Below, one piece after another: positions 25,176 through 37,993 of a DNA stretch of 64,000 nt; position 1 is the stretch's first letter; every line of letters starts with the position of its first letter. The notes beneath the pieces were generated by a model, which ran no database searches, was not told where the DNA came from, and saw only the letters and a list, made by a program, of their open reading frames with translations. This DNA comes from Octopus vulgaris (taxonomy: Eukaryota), in assembly GCA_951406725.2 (NCBI GenBank), contig OX597817.1:124558001-124622000 (forward strand), in the 5' to 3' direction. The translations under genes were made by a program, and so were the position numbers.

Positions 25176-25556
25176 CTAGCAGTATCACCCGGCGTTGCTC
25201 AGGTTTGTTTTGACCCTTTAGAATTGGAATTTTTGAAAAGTAAAAGTTTTGCATTATGCAGCTTGTTATTCTCTTTAAGTGAACATTTTTCTGGTTGAAA
25301 TACACCGAAATATGGTGATACAGCAGTCAAAAAATCGTAAAAAATAGGTATTTTCATAGAAAAAAAGCACCTTTTTGATGTAAATAATTTTTGGTCCTAA
25401 CATGGTCTGATTTGATTTTTTTCTTTTACGGAAGGAAGAGCAAGCCTTCTCTCAATTTTGGTCAACTTGTGTCGCAGAGTCTTGAAAGAAATAGTGTTAG
25501 ATGAAGGCTACCAAACCTGCCATACACAGACAACTTTAGCTTTATATATAGAGAGA
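25176..25556 (-). mobile_element. Non-autonomous Helitron (second family)
   Basis: Minus strand: A|TCTCTCTATATATAAAG ... hairpin CCTGAGCAACGCCGGG, then CTGCTAG|T. Confidence 0.85.
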
Positions 25557-26189
25557 TTGGCTACCATTGTTTAATGTGTATGTGTTTGTGTGTGTATGCA
25601 CATGTGCAGGGCCTCCAAGAGTGGGGTCCAGCCAGTACTTTGTTCCTGGCCCAAGAGGTAAGGAGGGCTCCTCAACCACCAAGTAACATCCATCCCTGCG
25701 CTCAAAAACAAGCACTTTCTACTACTCCTATCCTGACATACACTTAATTCACATACACAAGCATCACTATGCTTATCACACCACACTTACTTCTTTTTAT
25801 TAGTGTTTATTATTAATTATTGTAGGCCTAGTTGTATAGACAAAAGATAACACTAAGAGAATCTACATACAGATCAGGGCTCCAAAGGGATCTTGTGTGT
25901 GTGTGTGTGTATGTGTGTGTGTGAGAGTTTGTGTGTGTGTTTGTGCATATGTGTGTGAATGCTTTTACCCACTAAGCTAAAGGGTGCTTATAAATATTTT
26001 TGCCTTTGTATAATGTATTTTGAGTGAAGCAGAAAATATCTTTAAACTAATTTCATTAGAGAACTTAAACTAAACAATATAATTTAAGGAAACACTCAAT
26101 AATCTCTCAGACTACTAATTACTTACAAGTTGGAGCCAAACATGCGGTACCTATTTATTGTTAGTTGTGTAAATCGATCAAAAAAATCA

Positions 26190-26526
26190 ATGGAAATTGT
26201 AGTTGTGATACCAGTGCCAGTGGCACATAAAAAGATCCATCCGAACGTGGCCATTGTCAGTGCCGCCTTGACCAGCCTCCGTGCCAGTGGAACGTAAAAA
26301 GCACCAACCAATCATAGCTGTTGCCAGCCTCGCCTGGCACCTGTGCCGGTGGCATGTAAAAAGCACCCACTACACTCACGGAGTGGTTGGCGTTAGGAAG
26401 GGCATCCAGCTGTAGAAACACTGCCAGGTCAGACTGGAGCCTTGTGCAGCCTCCTGGCTTCCCAGACCCCGGTTGAACAGTCCAACCCATGCTAGCATGG
26501 AAAACGGACGTTAAACGATGATGATG
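26190..26526 (+). mobile_element. Family R element (3 VNTR units)
   Basis: GTGCCAGTGGCAC..AAAAAGCACC units, TTGGCGTTAGGAAGGGCATCCAGC, tail CCAACCCATGCTAGCATGGAAAACGGACGTTAAACGATGATGATG. Confidence 0.85.
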
Positions 26527-27370
26527 TGTATGGCCATTCATGAGTTATATTTTGCCATCAACAAAGCACAGTAAAAAAAAAAGCAGAACTAATCACCTCA
26601 TATCAATTTAGTCAGCTGTAGCTTGCCTTTTATGGGTTGTGTAAATCACAGACATTCAACACAAAAACTGTTCCATTAAAGCTTTGGAACACAATAACTT
26701 ATATAGTTTATGTGCATTGATATTCCAAACATATATAGCATTGTTTAGTAATATTTGCTGGTCTTCATATCAGCATACAGTCAATAGCAATCAAATGGAC
26801 AATATTAATGTGCAATATAACATTATGAAATGAAGCAAAAGAAACTTAGAAAATACTATATCAGAAATATTGGAAGTAATAGTAAAAGCATGTTAGTGCA
26901 TTAAGAAATGAGATAGAAGCAAACATTCTGAACAGGGAGCTTTGTCAAATAACAAAGGTTGTTTGCTTGAAATGTCTCTACTTTCATTCATAAGAAACTA
27001 TACTGGATAGGTTGTCATTATGCTACATATCAAATTCATAAATATTAATTATATGCTACCCTTTATTAGAAATATTAGCAATTATCTATAAAAAAAGATA
27101 ATGGCATGTATTTCTCTTATATGTTGATGGTAATAGTGACTATGGCATCTGCTATGGGCACAAAACCACATACTTTGGTCCATTGGGTTAGGTTTATTTG
27201 GCTAAATTGACCCAGTATTTGTACTTTACAATTAAAGAATCTAGAATGACAAGTGATTCATTTTACCCACCACAATTGAAGCTCAGTATGTAAAGAGCCG
27301 TGAGTAAACACTACAAGGCATTTTGTCCAATGCTTTAATGGTTCTGATTATCCACTGCACTATAATAATA

Positions 27371-27405
<35 letters not shown>

Positions 27406-27416
27406 AATAACAACAA

Positions 27417-27944
27417 GCAGCGGCTCTCATGGCTTCTCATTTTAACTGATCGGAAGTGTTATCATGTATATATTTTGTCTTGATGTAGAAGATAGGCTAG
27501 AGCAAATATTCTCAATATTTACCACAGACTTGTTTATCAGTTGCTTGACTTTAACCAGTTGAGCATGTCCCTTGATGACTGATGATATGAGCATCTCTGA
27601 ATGTGAGCAGGAGCAGTGGGGGAGCTTCATAGCCATGTGTTGAGAGGAATTCTTTCATATTTGAATGATTCACCCCTGGAAACATGGATGTTTCATTCAT
27701 GCCCCTTAAACAAGCCTTTTTCAGAGACCTTTTGAGTGGGATGGGCTACTCAACCTGAAAAATATTCTAATTGGGCCCCACGTGCAAGGTCATGTGCTGT
27801 TTATCTTCATATGCGACCACCAGGTTGCCCACACATGGTTGTGGTGCATGTGCCTGGTGTACCCTTATCAGACAGGTAGTCATGATTGGGCTTTGTATAT
27901 TCTATCCCAGTGTCACTTTGATGGCATGTACAGCTCGTTTGCTC
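27417..27944 (+). mobile_element. ~530-bp interspersed element embedded in (AAT/GAT)n, copy 1
   Basis: Colinear with 30252-30782; both copies are flanked on each side by AAT-type microsatellite. Confidence 0.8.
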
Positions 27945-28127
27945 AATAATAATAATAATAATAATAATAAGTTCACTGGCTAGGCTTGAAAAGGGCGCAT
28001 AAAAAAAAGAAAGTCCACAGGTAGTGAATAGCTGACACCATAGTAAATCTCCAGTGTTAGAAGCTATGTAAAGCCAATGATAATAACAATGATAATAATA
28101 ATAATGATTATTATTATAATATCAAAA

Positions 28128-28560
28128 CTAGCAGGACCCGTGAATATTTCATGGAATTAATCATAAACTTTTGGGGTTATTTCTGAAAACTTTATCTTAA
28201 AAATCTGAAAACGTAGCCTGTGTTGTGACTGCATCAAAAGATAGTCAGTCAACTGCTAGCTCCCACTTTTTCACTTTACCTTCTTTTTGGCTCTCCCTTT
28301 TCTTTCTCCCCTTTTTCTCTCGCTCTTTGCCTTTCCTTTCAACTAATCACATGAAAGCATTACAGACGGGCTAAGTAACAGAGCAAAAAACTTGGTTAAA
28401 TAAAAAAATTACACATTTCACCCCCACTCCGCATCCCTACCTTCCCTTCCCCCTCCACCTCCTCTTTTCTCTGTGCCTCCTTCTTTCTCTCCCTTTCTTC
28501 TTCCCCACCCTCAGCTAATCCCGTGAAAGCATTACAGATGGGCTAAGCAACAGAGGAACA
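28128..28560 (-). mobile_element. Helitron 3'-end fragment
   Basis: Minus strand CCATGAAATATTCACGGG hairpin then CCTGCTAG|T; internal duplication of CTAATC.C.TGAAAGCATTACAGA.GGGCTAAG.AACAGAG. Confidence 0.5.
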
Positions 28561-28577
28561 AGCAGAATTATTACAAG

Positions 28578-29019
28578 CTCCTTTCTACTTAGGGCACATG
28601 GACTGAAATTGTTTTTGAGCCAGAGACTTAACTGGTACTTAATTTATCGACTCTGAAAAGATATAAGGTAATGTCGACCTCAGCAGGGTTTGAGCTCAGA
28701 ATGTAGTGACCAGGGGAAATACCACTAAGCATTTCATCCAGTGGGCTTACGATTCTGCCAGCTGACTGCCTTTACTAATGATAATAATAATCCTTTTTAC
28801 TATAAACAAAAGGCCTGAAATTTGGTGGGAGGGGGCAAGTTGATTAGATCGACCCCAGTATGCAACTGGTACTTAATTCATCAACCCCAAATGGATGAAA
28901 ATCAAAGTCAATCTTGGCAGAATTTGAACTCAGAACATGAAGACGGACGAATTACTGCTAAGCATTTCGTCCAGTGCGCTAACGAATCTGCCAGCTGGCT
29001 GTCTTTACTAATGATGATG

Positions 29020-29060
<41 letters not shown>

Positions 29061-29304
29061 CATAATAATCATAATAATAATGATAATAATAATAATAATA
29101 ATTTCAAATATTGGCACAGGGCCAGCAAATTAGTTGGATGAGATAAATCAATTTCATTGGCCCCAGTATTCAAATGATACTTATTTTAATGATCCTGAAG
29201 GGATGAAAGGTAAAATTTCTTTGATGGAGTTTGAACTTAGAATATGAAGATAGATGAAATGCATTTCACCAGGTGTGCTAACAATTCTGCCAGCTCACCA
29301 CCTT
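28578..29304 (-). mobile_element. Three tandem family M SINEs separated by (AAT)n
   Basis: ACTGGTACTTAATT/GAACTCAGAA/CTGCCAGCT motifs three times (~28630, ~28865, ~29170). Confidence 0.85.
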
Positions 29305-29326
29305 AGTAGCAGAAGTAATAATAATG

Positions 29327-30219
29327 AAACAAAAGGCATTGGGAGGGGGGGGCAATGCATTCCCTACGTGCAGATAAATTTTTTCACAAATTATAGAGTG
29401 GATGGAAATGTGTTGCTTAACCATGCTCTTTAATTGAAGTGAATATTTTGATCTTTTTAAGTATTACCATTATAGGTAATTGTACTCTAGTGAAATTAAG
29501 AAACTAACTCATAAATAAACAAAACCCATCAGTGTACACACACACTCACACACACACACAGCTGCATATCTATGTACGTATGTTGGTATGTACACACACA
29601 TGACTATGTGCATAGATACACTATGGTCTATACACATGCAGATGAGGGCTGATTCACATGAAAAAGAAAGTGAACAAAATAATATGACCACTTCCTTATT
29701 GGGAAATTTGTAAGTTTCATTAAAAATTTGCTTTTTTTTAAGTATCACTATTATAGGTATTTATACTACGGTAAAATTAAGAAATCAAGTTGTAAATAAA
29801 CAAAACCCTCAAAGCCATCACTATACTAACACACACGTATGCACACAAACACACACACAAAGTTGCATATCTATGTATGTATTTATGTATGCATGCATGT
29901 ATGCATGTATGCACACTTGTCTACACACATAAGTACACCATAATCTAGACACATGCAGATGAGGGTTAATTCATATGAAAAAGAAAGTGAACAAAATAAT
30001 GACCACTTGCTTATTGGGAAATTTGTAAGTTTGATTAAAATTTTTTTTATTTTTAAAGATAATCAAACCAAATGTTCATCATTCTGAGCCACTCACTCAA
30101 TGAGTATTTCTGCCAAATGAGATGAAAATCCATTTGGCCATTTTCCAGCAATTTTGCAAACACACAGACAAAGATGAGTGATTACAATACCCTGCATTCA
30201 CTTACATGTGCAGGGTAAT
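29327..30219 (+). mobile_element. Possible Helentron/HINE-like non-autonomous element with internal ~280-320 bp tandem duplication
   Basis: 3' end ..ACACACAGACA..GATTACAA-TACCCTGCA(12 nt)TGCAGGGTA hairpin; units 29459-29739 and 29740-30057 are colinear. Confidence 0.4.
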
Positions 30220-30251
30220 AATAATAATAATAATAATAATGATAATACTAG

Positions 30252-30782
30252 GCAGTGGCTTTCATGACTTCTAATCTTAAATGATTGGAAGTGTTATCAT
30301 GACATTGTTTTGTTTGGTATAAAATATGGGCTACAGTAAATATTCTGCTCAATACCACAGATTTGCTTGTCAGTTATTTGACCTTAACCAGTTGAGCATG
30401 TCCCTTAGTGGCTGATGAGATGTACATCTCTAATCACGAGCAGAAGTTGTGGGAGAGAATCATAGCCATGTGTTGAGAGGAATTCTTTGGGTATTGATAA
30501 TTCACCCTGGAAACATGGTGTTTTGTTTAATATCCTTAAACAACCCTTATTCAGGGACCCTTTAAATGGGATGGGTTACTCGACCTGAAGAAAATTCTCA
30601 CTTGGCTATATCTGCAAGGTCATGTGCTATTTATCTTGATATGAGATCACTAGGTCATGCACATATGGTTGTGGTGAATGTGCCTGGTTTACCCTTTTCA
30701 GACGGGTAGCCATGATGGGTATACTGGGCTTCGTATACTTTACGTCAATGTCACTTTGATGGTATGCACTGCTCTCTCACTC
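30252..30782 (+). mobile_element. ~530-bp interspersed element embedded in (AAT)n, copy 2
   Basis: Colinear with 27417-27944. Confidence 0.8.
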
Positions 30783-30854
30783 AATAAGGATAATAATAAT
30801 AATAATCTTTTTGAATATTCCTCAGGTTGCATTCATACAACAATATATACTAAG

Positions 30855-31327
30855 AGCTAACCGGCTTCCGTGCCAGTGGCACATAAAAGGCACCATTCGA
30901 GTGTGATCATTACCAGCATTACCTTACTGGCACTTGAGCCCCATGCTGGTAGGGTACTAAAAGCACCATCTGAGCATGATCATTACCAGAGCAGCTAACA
31001 GGCTTCCGTGCTGGTGGCATGTAAAAGCACCATTCGAGCGTGATCGTTACCAGCATTGCCTTACTTGGCACCTGTGCAGGTGGCATGTTTAAAAAGATTC
31101 GAGCAAGGTCATTCCAGTACTGCCTGACTGGCCCCCGTGCCAGTGGCACATAAAAGCACCCACTACACTCTTGGCATTAGGAAGGGCATCCAGCTGAAGA
31201 AACTCTGCCAGATCAAGATTGGAGCCTGGTGCAGCCATCTGGTTTGCCAGCCCTCAGTCAAATCGTCCAACCCATGCTAGCATGGAAAGCGGACGTTAAA
31301 CGTTGATGATGATGATGATGATGACGA
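30855..31327 (+). mobile_element. Family R element (5 VNTR units)
   Basis: Five GTGC(C/T)(A/G)GTGGCA..AAAAGCACC units, then AGGAAGGGCATCCAGC and a (GAT)n tail. Confidence 0.85.
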
Positions 31328-31656
31328 TGTGTACGGTAGAGAAAGAGATATCAACAAAAAAGTTTACATTTTCACTTTTTGTGTGAATGTGTGTGTGTGT
31401 GTTTGAATTTCATTGTTGCATTTTCTACTTACATTTACTACATATATCTTGTGCATTACTGTTTATGATGTCCATAGAATAATAGTCTTTTTGTTTGTCT
31501 ATTAAGTGATATATGCTTTTGCATTTAATAATTTCTATTTTTCTTTTCTATTTGTAAAATGATTTTCTCACATTAAAAATTTGTAGGAGAGATTTCCATA
31601 TGTCGTTGTAGGCACTATTTTGGTTAAATGTTTGCCAACCAACAAGATACAAAAGT

Positions 31657-31662
31657 AATAAC

Positions 31663-31712
<50 letters not shown>
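31657..31712. repeat. (AAT)n microsatellite
   Basis: Direct inspection. Confidence 0.95.
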
Positions 31713-31714
<2 letters not shown>

Positions 31715-32954
31715 TATATTAAATATATTGAAAGCAGCAAACCCTAAAGCATTCTCAATATGAGGAAAGTGCCTCTGGGTCCTTCAACAGTGTTCCTTGT
31801 AGAATAATTTTCATTCAGTAAGAAAGTGGTAAAAATTTAAAATCTTTGGTATTCATAAGACATATGCAATGGATAAAATACTGCTACTGCTGTATTTTTG
31901 GTATGATGATTCATATTCAGGACACCAGATATCCATTTTTTAATCTTCGATCTCAGTTTCTTTACATCTGGCATCTCGCATATGAAATGTCATAACAAAA
32001 ATCAGTGCTGACTATAATTTCTATAGAAAATCTGTATAGGTGTCCTTAACACATAATTTAAGAGCCCTGTCATTTTGTATATCAGGGTCTACTGAGTCCA
32101 CTGTATTCTGAATTTAGATTAGTGGTTGGGTGTGATCTGAAGGAGATCTGACTATATATTTCAAGCAGCTCTGTAAATATTTTTAATGTTTTTGACCTGT
32201 GTTGGGTCTGTAATGGAAAGCACTCTATCCTGAACATTTTGTCTTTCTTTTGGCACATTCTGCCAAAGATTATGTCATTCCCTGTGTCTTTTTTTTTAAA
32301 AAAGGCTCTAAAACTGTAGGATAGGATTTTAGAAATATTTGTCTGTTATATCAAACAGTTAAGGTGACTCCATAGAAGCTTTCAAACTGACTGAAACTTA
32401 AATATACTGATGATGGTTAACGAAGGAGGATATAAAATAATGTTATTTTCTAAATGATTTATAAATATGTTCCTATGATTTAGTCACAAATTTTTTTGTA
32501 TTGCCTTCAGATGACAAATATAGAAATTTTCAACTATGAATACAGTCAAGAATAAGACACTTGACTACAAAAGAGCAGACTGATTGAAACTTGGCAGAGC
32601 TAATCTCTTGTCCAGGTTAATACTACCACCTGATCCTTGGTTGTCTTTAGTGGAGACCAATGACCGATGTTTTTACAGGCATTTGGACCAAGTCTTCAGA
32701 CTGAAGAAAAATTGATGTTTGAAAGTATTGTTTCCCCGTCAAATCAGACAAAAAATGATAAGCTACTCTTTTACATGCTACTAAACTAACAATATCAACT
32801 TGTGACTCATCCTTGGGCGTAGAGGGTTGATGAAAACCTTGAAAGGACAAAATACAGTATCTGCTTACAAGAGCAGGTAAATTCAACAAAGAATCAAATA
32901 ACTATTTATTGAACTTACAAATGGAGTAGGGACATATCAAAGTATTTAAAATAA

Positions 32955-33203
32955 ATGCACCCTTTTAAAGCCTAGCCAGGCTCATGGGCCTAGTTTCCTG
33001 GTTTCAATGGCATGTGTGTCCCCCAGCTGGACGGGACACCAGTCCATCGCAGCATTACTCATTTTTGCCAGCTGAGTCGACTGGAGCAATGTGAAATGAA
33101 GTGTTTTGCTCAATAACATAATGCATTGTCTGGTCCAAGAATCAAAACCACAATCTTATGATCATGATGCTGACACCCTAACCACTAAGCCACGCGCCTC
33201 CAC
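32955..33203 (-). mobile_element. tRNA-head SINE, family N (Nin/Deu-like centre)
   Basis: Minus strand GTGGAGGCGCGTGGCTTAGTGGTTAGGG (A-box) ... CTGCGATGGACTGGTGTCCCGTCCAGCTGGGG; flanked by an AAGTATTT repeat. Confidence 0.8.
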
Positions 33204-35484
33204 TTGAAGTATTTTAGCCCAGCATTAATGACTTTCTTGGCAGCCCTGACTCCAGATGTTGTTCTCAGATATACTGATTTTGCTTTTCCTCTGCCTTAGT
33301 GAGAGCTAGTCAAACAAAGCCTCTGATAAGTGCAAATAATATTCAAATTTGCTTCAATCAATCCTAGCTACCTGCATTTTAAGAAATGATAGCGGAATGC
33401 CATGCAAAAAGGATGTGTTTTTACCTCCAGCAGGGAATTGTGAGTTGTAATTTCCATTATACTTTTTGCTCATACTATTCTTGATAGCCTTGCACAAGTC
33501 ATGGACACTGTGCTTTCTCCTATGTCTATGCCATAAAAACTGAATGTAAATACTGAAAATATTGACTCAGAAGATGAATTTAATAGTCTGGAAAATTGTA
33601 ATCTTATTAACAATAACTCATTTCAGACATTTAAACATTTAAGAAAATAAGAGTTTAAACATTACATTAATAAAATAGTTGATAGCAAATGAAATTGAAA
33701 ATTAAGAATTAAAAGGACAACAATAACAAGAACAGTTTGGTAAATATGGAAATAAGAAGAAATAACCGAAAACATTACTTTAAATTTATACATGTTAAAA
33801 TTCTTAACTCGTTTGTGACCATATCTCTAATGAATTATAATGTCTGCATGAATAATTTTTTTAAATAATCAAGAATTTTACAGCATATAGTAAACTAATT
33901 GACTAACTTTGTCATTGTGAAGCAGATATTTGAAACATAACTTAGAAGAATTTCTTCTATTAACATCTTGATAGTAGATCTAAATTTAGATATAAACACT
34001 TTAACATTGAAACATTTGTATCATAGGAACAGAAGTCTCAGGCAGGTTGATTAGAAAAAATTCCACGTTTTGCTATTAGTCATTTTATATGCATGTGTGA
34101 ATGTGTGTGCATGTGTGTGTGTATGTGCACGTGTGTGTCTATGTTTATGTGTGAGTGTGCATATGTTTATGTAAATATGTGTGTATTATTTGTGTTATAT
34201 AAATTCATTATATTTACAAAACTAGTCATGAGTAAATTGCTAAATAAATATGCAAGATATAGACATTGGCTGGCATACGAAAACAGAATTGTTTAAAAGT
34301 GAAATTCAAAGACATCTGCATAAAAACAATTGGTAAATTAGTGTTAATATATTTAATGCAGGAAGTATTAGAAAACTAACTATTAAAAAATGTCTCTAAA
34401 GAAATAGTATTACTGAATGATTAAGCAAAGCATGTTACGTAAACCATATTTTTCAGTCTAGTGATGACAAAGACAGAAAGTAAATGTGCAAGATTTTTTC
34501 ATTTGTAGCTGAAGAAAAAAATTGAATGATGTAAGAACATACATTTGTGTCAGAAAAAGAGACTCATTTAAAGAAAAAAAATTCAGATATCATTTGCATG
34601 GGAAGTTGGTGTACATATACTTTTTAATGTATAGAGAACCAGAACTAAACATGGCAAAAAAAAAAAAAGATAAAGGAAAACAGAAAAGAAAATATCAGTC
34701 AATATGAAACATTATTTTCACTTTTTCTGACATGTATGGGAGATAACTCCAGTTGTATTTCAACCTCATTCTCAACTCATTGTTTATGATATAAATTACT
34801 TATAACACCTGTTTTGGATATGGAAAGTATTTCTGAAAATGTAACTGGAATAGGATACTGGAAATAAATTTACAGTATAAAACAGCAAGGTAGGAAATGC
34901 ACAGCTTCTTTAGTTTATATAAAAATATTTTAATGTAATCTTAGAATAAAGGTATTGAGTAGCTCATAAAAAAAAATCCTATTTCAGAACAGAACAAGGG
35001 ACATTAATAGAAGAGCTTTATCAAGTATTAAAGTCAAGAAATGCATTATCAAAAAAATAACAAAAGAAAAAAAAAATTGACATAAAGATATGAAAGTAAC
35101 ATTCCTTTCTATTTTTTATGAGAATGATTCCACAATATATTGTACTGACCTAAGCAAAATATTATATGTAGATAGTTATATATCTATGTCTATATCTATG
35201 TATATATCATCATCATTTAACATGGTCTTTTCAATGATTGCATGGGTTGGATGGAAATTAATCGAAGTAGAATATTCTATGACTGGATGACTTACCAGTC
35301 ACCAACACTCACTTCTTTCCAAGGATGGTAATATTTCCCAATCCTCAGAAATGTTTCTGCAGAATATTGGAAATTACTGACACTTCTTGCATGACTGTGA
35401 TACTCATCTGCATCCATCAAGTGATGTCAAAAGGAGACAAAACAAACACAAATATGCATATATATATATGTATGTATGTATATC

Positions 35485-35805
35485 ATTTCAAGATTTCTTG
35501 CCAATAGAGAAAGAATGATCTCTAACCTAGATCCAAGACTCTTTCATTGGAATTTCAACATCAACAACAAGGTATTTTTATTTTGTTTGTATGTATTCTC
35601 ATATTTAAACATGCTCATATATATTTAAATGATAAACTTCTGGAAAGTTTTACAGATTTTTAGAGTTCCGGTGATGTATTGAATCTATAGTCTTCAAATT
35701 AGCTTTCTCCTTTCTGGTTTTGAGAAGCCTAATTTCTCAAAATTGGAATTTAGGCAGTGTGTTACATATCCCAGGGCCCTAATAATTACAGGTATAAACC
35801 TGAAC
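35485..35805 (-). mobile_element. 3' end of a restriction-like-endonuclease (R2/R4/NeSL-type) non-LTR retrotransposon
   Basis: Minus strand translates KFRFIPVIIRALGYVTHCLNSNFEKLGFSKPERRKLI*RL*IQYITGTLKICKTFQKFII*, matching the C-terminal IP.I.GALG motif of RLE elements, followed by a 3' UTR. Confidence 0.7.
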
Positions 35806-36420
35806 TTCTATTGTGGCGAATTTACCGTCTCTGGTTAGATATCTTTCATAGTCGCACCAAGACACTTTTCAATGGTGCTTTCCTCCAGGTGTTCAAATCA
35901 TTTTTTTCTCTACATTGTATACTTTATAGACAACAGTCTTTCCTTTAATTTAATTTTTTATTTCATTTGGTGGTGTTATCCTAGATTCACCGTCTTTGTC
36001 GGTGATCAATCCGAAATAAGATTGTATTTCTTCCATTTTAATTTTCATGAGTTCGTGCCCGCCGACGGTTGCAGCAAAATTCATTTTTGGACTTTCTTCT
36101 ATCGAAGGCATTCTAACAAAAATGCTTCTGTATTAACGATGAAAATATTGTCAATTTCCCCAAACAGGGACACAATTAAATTTTTAAACAATAACCAAAG
36201 CTCCTTCTCCCAAAGGGGAGGGTTACAGTTTACAATTATTTAACAAATGCAACACAACAACGTTTCCCTTACAAGGAACCAACAAACGTGATAACAATAG
36301 TTAAACAATAATAATAATAACAACAAACCTTACGGTGAATCAAAAAGCAGTATGCAGTTGAGGCTATAGTCGTTTATGTATAAGAAATAAACCAACAGCA
36401 GTACTCAGTAGAAACGGCTG
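35806..36420 (-). mobile_element. 5' UTR plus ORF N-terminus of a LINE-like element (degraded)
   Basis: Minus strand from ATG ~36113: MPSIEESPKMNFAATVGGHELMKIKMEEIQSYFGLITDKDGESRITPPNEIKN*IKGKTVVYKVYNVEKK*FEHLEESTIEKCLG..YLTRDGKFATIEV. CpG-retaining and ORF1-like; family not certain. Confidence 0.45.
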
Positions 36421-36479
36421 TTCGAGAAAACAGACATTACATACAGCCAAACTTCATATAGATACTTAATGCTAGCTAA

Positions 36480-37005
36480 TTAGCAGATAATCTAATGTAA
36501 AAGCTGTGGTAAACGGTATGTGCACAGCTCCATCTGGACTATTCCATTTCTGCACACTAATTTTATTTTTAATTTATTCCCATTCATGTGAAACCACTTA
36601 TTCAAGTTCAAGTCATTGATGCAATTTTATACCAATTGCTATTTTTACTTTTGTTATGTTACGATTATATTATACTTTAGCTTGATTTTAATTATTACTT
36701 ACTACATATAATTCAATTGTTATTATTATCGCTAATTTTTATTGTTAAAGTGAAAGTATCTGACATAAAATAGAGAAATGTTTTTGTTTCACTTTTAACA
36801 TGTAATACTGAAATAGTGGAGAAGATATGATATTGCTATGGGCTCGCCCTAGGCAAGAAGTTGAACATTTTTCTTGCCCATGAAACTACATCGACCCTAA
36901 GTAAGGCATGTGTAAAATTTGAATGAAATTGGTTGTGTAGTTCTCAAGTTTTAGGGAAACACACAGACAGACAGACACACATTCTCAGTTTTATATATAT
37001 AGAGA
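36480..37005 (-). mobile_element. Non-autonomous Helitron (third family; 5' end shared with the 49990-51900 element)
   Basis: Minus strand A|TCTCTATATATATAAAACTGAGAATGTGTGTCTGTCTG..CCAATTTCATTCAAATTTTACACATGC; 3' end degraded. Confidence 0.75.
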
Positions 37006-37014
37006 TATATATAT

Positions 37015-37910
37015 GAAATTTAATGCAGGTATAATTCAAATGCTTTTACTTCCAACACATATTTCGAAGATATCACTGATATTATTCCAATGGAATAAAT
37101 GGTGTAAAACAATGTAATCTTCTCTTCAGGGAAGTGAAGGAATGAAACTCGTCAATAAGACATTTTAACAGAAAATGATATATATGTATAGTGATTTACT
37201 GAACGCTATTAATATTGTTTGAAAAAACGTTATATGATTTAACGTCAGAAGTAGCCAATAGAAAGAGGAGGGATATTTTTTAGTGAATGTTAAACATAAA
37301 AAGAAAATTAAGGTTTAAATTATATATAATGATAGAGATTACTTATATGAACTAAAGGTAAGTTTTTGCGAATGTTTACATCAGTATGCACGCTCTATAA
37401 CCATGTTTACTAGGGGATTTTTAGAAAAAATAATGAAAAATAGCTTAGAATTACAGAGAAGACAGAATTCCTTGCCTTTGTCATAAGGTATTGAGATTGA
37501 GAGAATCAACCATTCTAAATTAAATTGCTCGTTGTGGTCTTTTAGATCCCAAATTAATTTACTGAGCCCTGTACTGTTACGTTTATTTCTATCCGTAAAT
37601 GTTGAGTAATGGATAGAAATTATTTTAGATAACTGTAACGATGTGGTTCCAATGTAGAATTGTACTTTATTATGAGAAATGATTTTATGCTGGTATATAG
37701 AATTTTTAATTTTAGAGTTACTTGACATAAACTTAATTCTGTTGGAATTGACTTCAGCTACAATAACCTTATTATTAATATTTCTAGAGGGATGGATGTT
37801 ATTAGCTAAATTAATGTTAGCATTAGTAAATGTATTAATGCTTAACAGGTTGTTATTATGTGAAGAGATAGTTTGTAAGAAATTTTTTGTGTTGGAAAAA
37901 CCAATCCTAT
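37015..37910 (-). mobile_element. Penelope-like element 3' part with GIY-YIG endonuclease
   Basis: ORF 37381-37974: SIYQ..FYIGTT...KIISIH..TF....RNSTGLSKLIWDLK....LEW.IL....PY......CLLCN, the PLE GIY-YIG pattern; hammerhead-like motif downstream. Confidence 0.85.
37049..37134 (-). ncRNA. Type I hammerhead ribozyme-like motif (PLE-associated, partly degenerate)
   Basis: Minus strand: CUUCC-CUGAAGA-GAAGAU..AUCUUC-GAAA-U-AUGU-GU-U-GGAAG. Stem I, core, stem II, GAAA, minimal stem III and a GUU site are present. Confidence 0.55.
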
Positions 37911-37950
37911 ATATATATATATATATGTATACACACACACACACACACAT

Positions 37951-37993
<43 letters not shown>

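Noticed and set aside
30869-31165. Repeat-spacer pattern resembling a CRISPR array
   Set aside because: The repeats are degenerate, the 'spacers' are homologous to each other, the array is internal to a dispersed retroposon with a (GAT)n tail, there are no cas genes, and the context is eukaryotic.
32560-33560. Possible very old LINE RT remnant around the family N SINE (TDVFTGIW.., LMKTL.., QKGCV..)
   Set aside because: Motifs too degenerate and not in a consistent frame to call without alignment.
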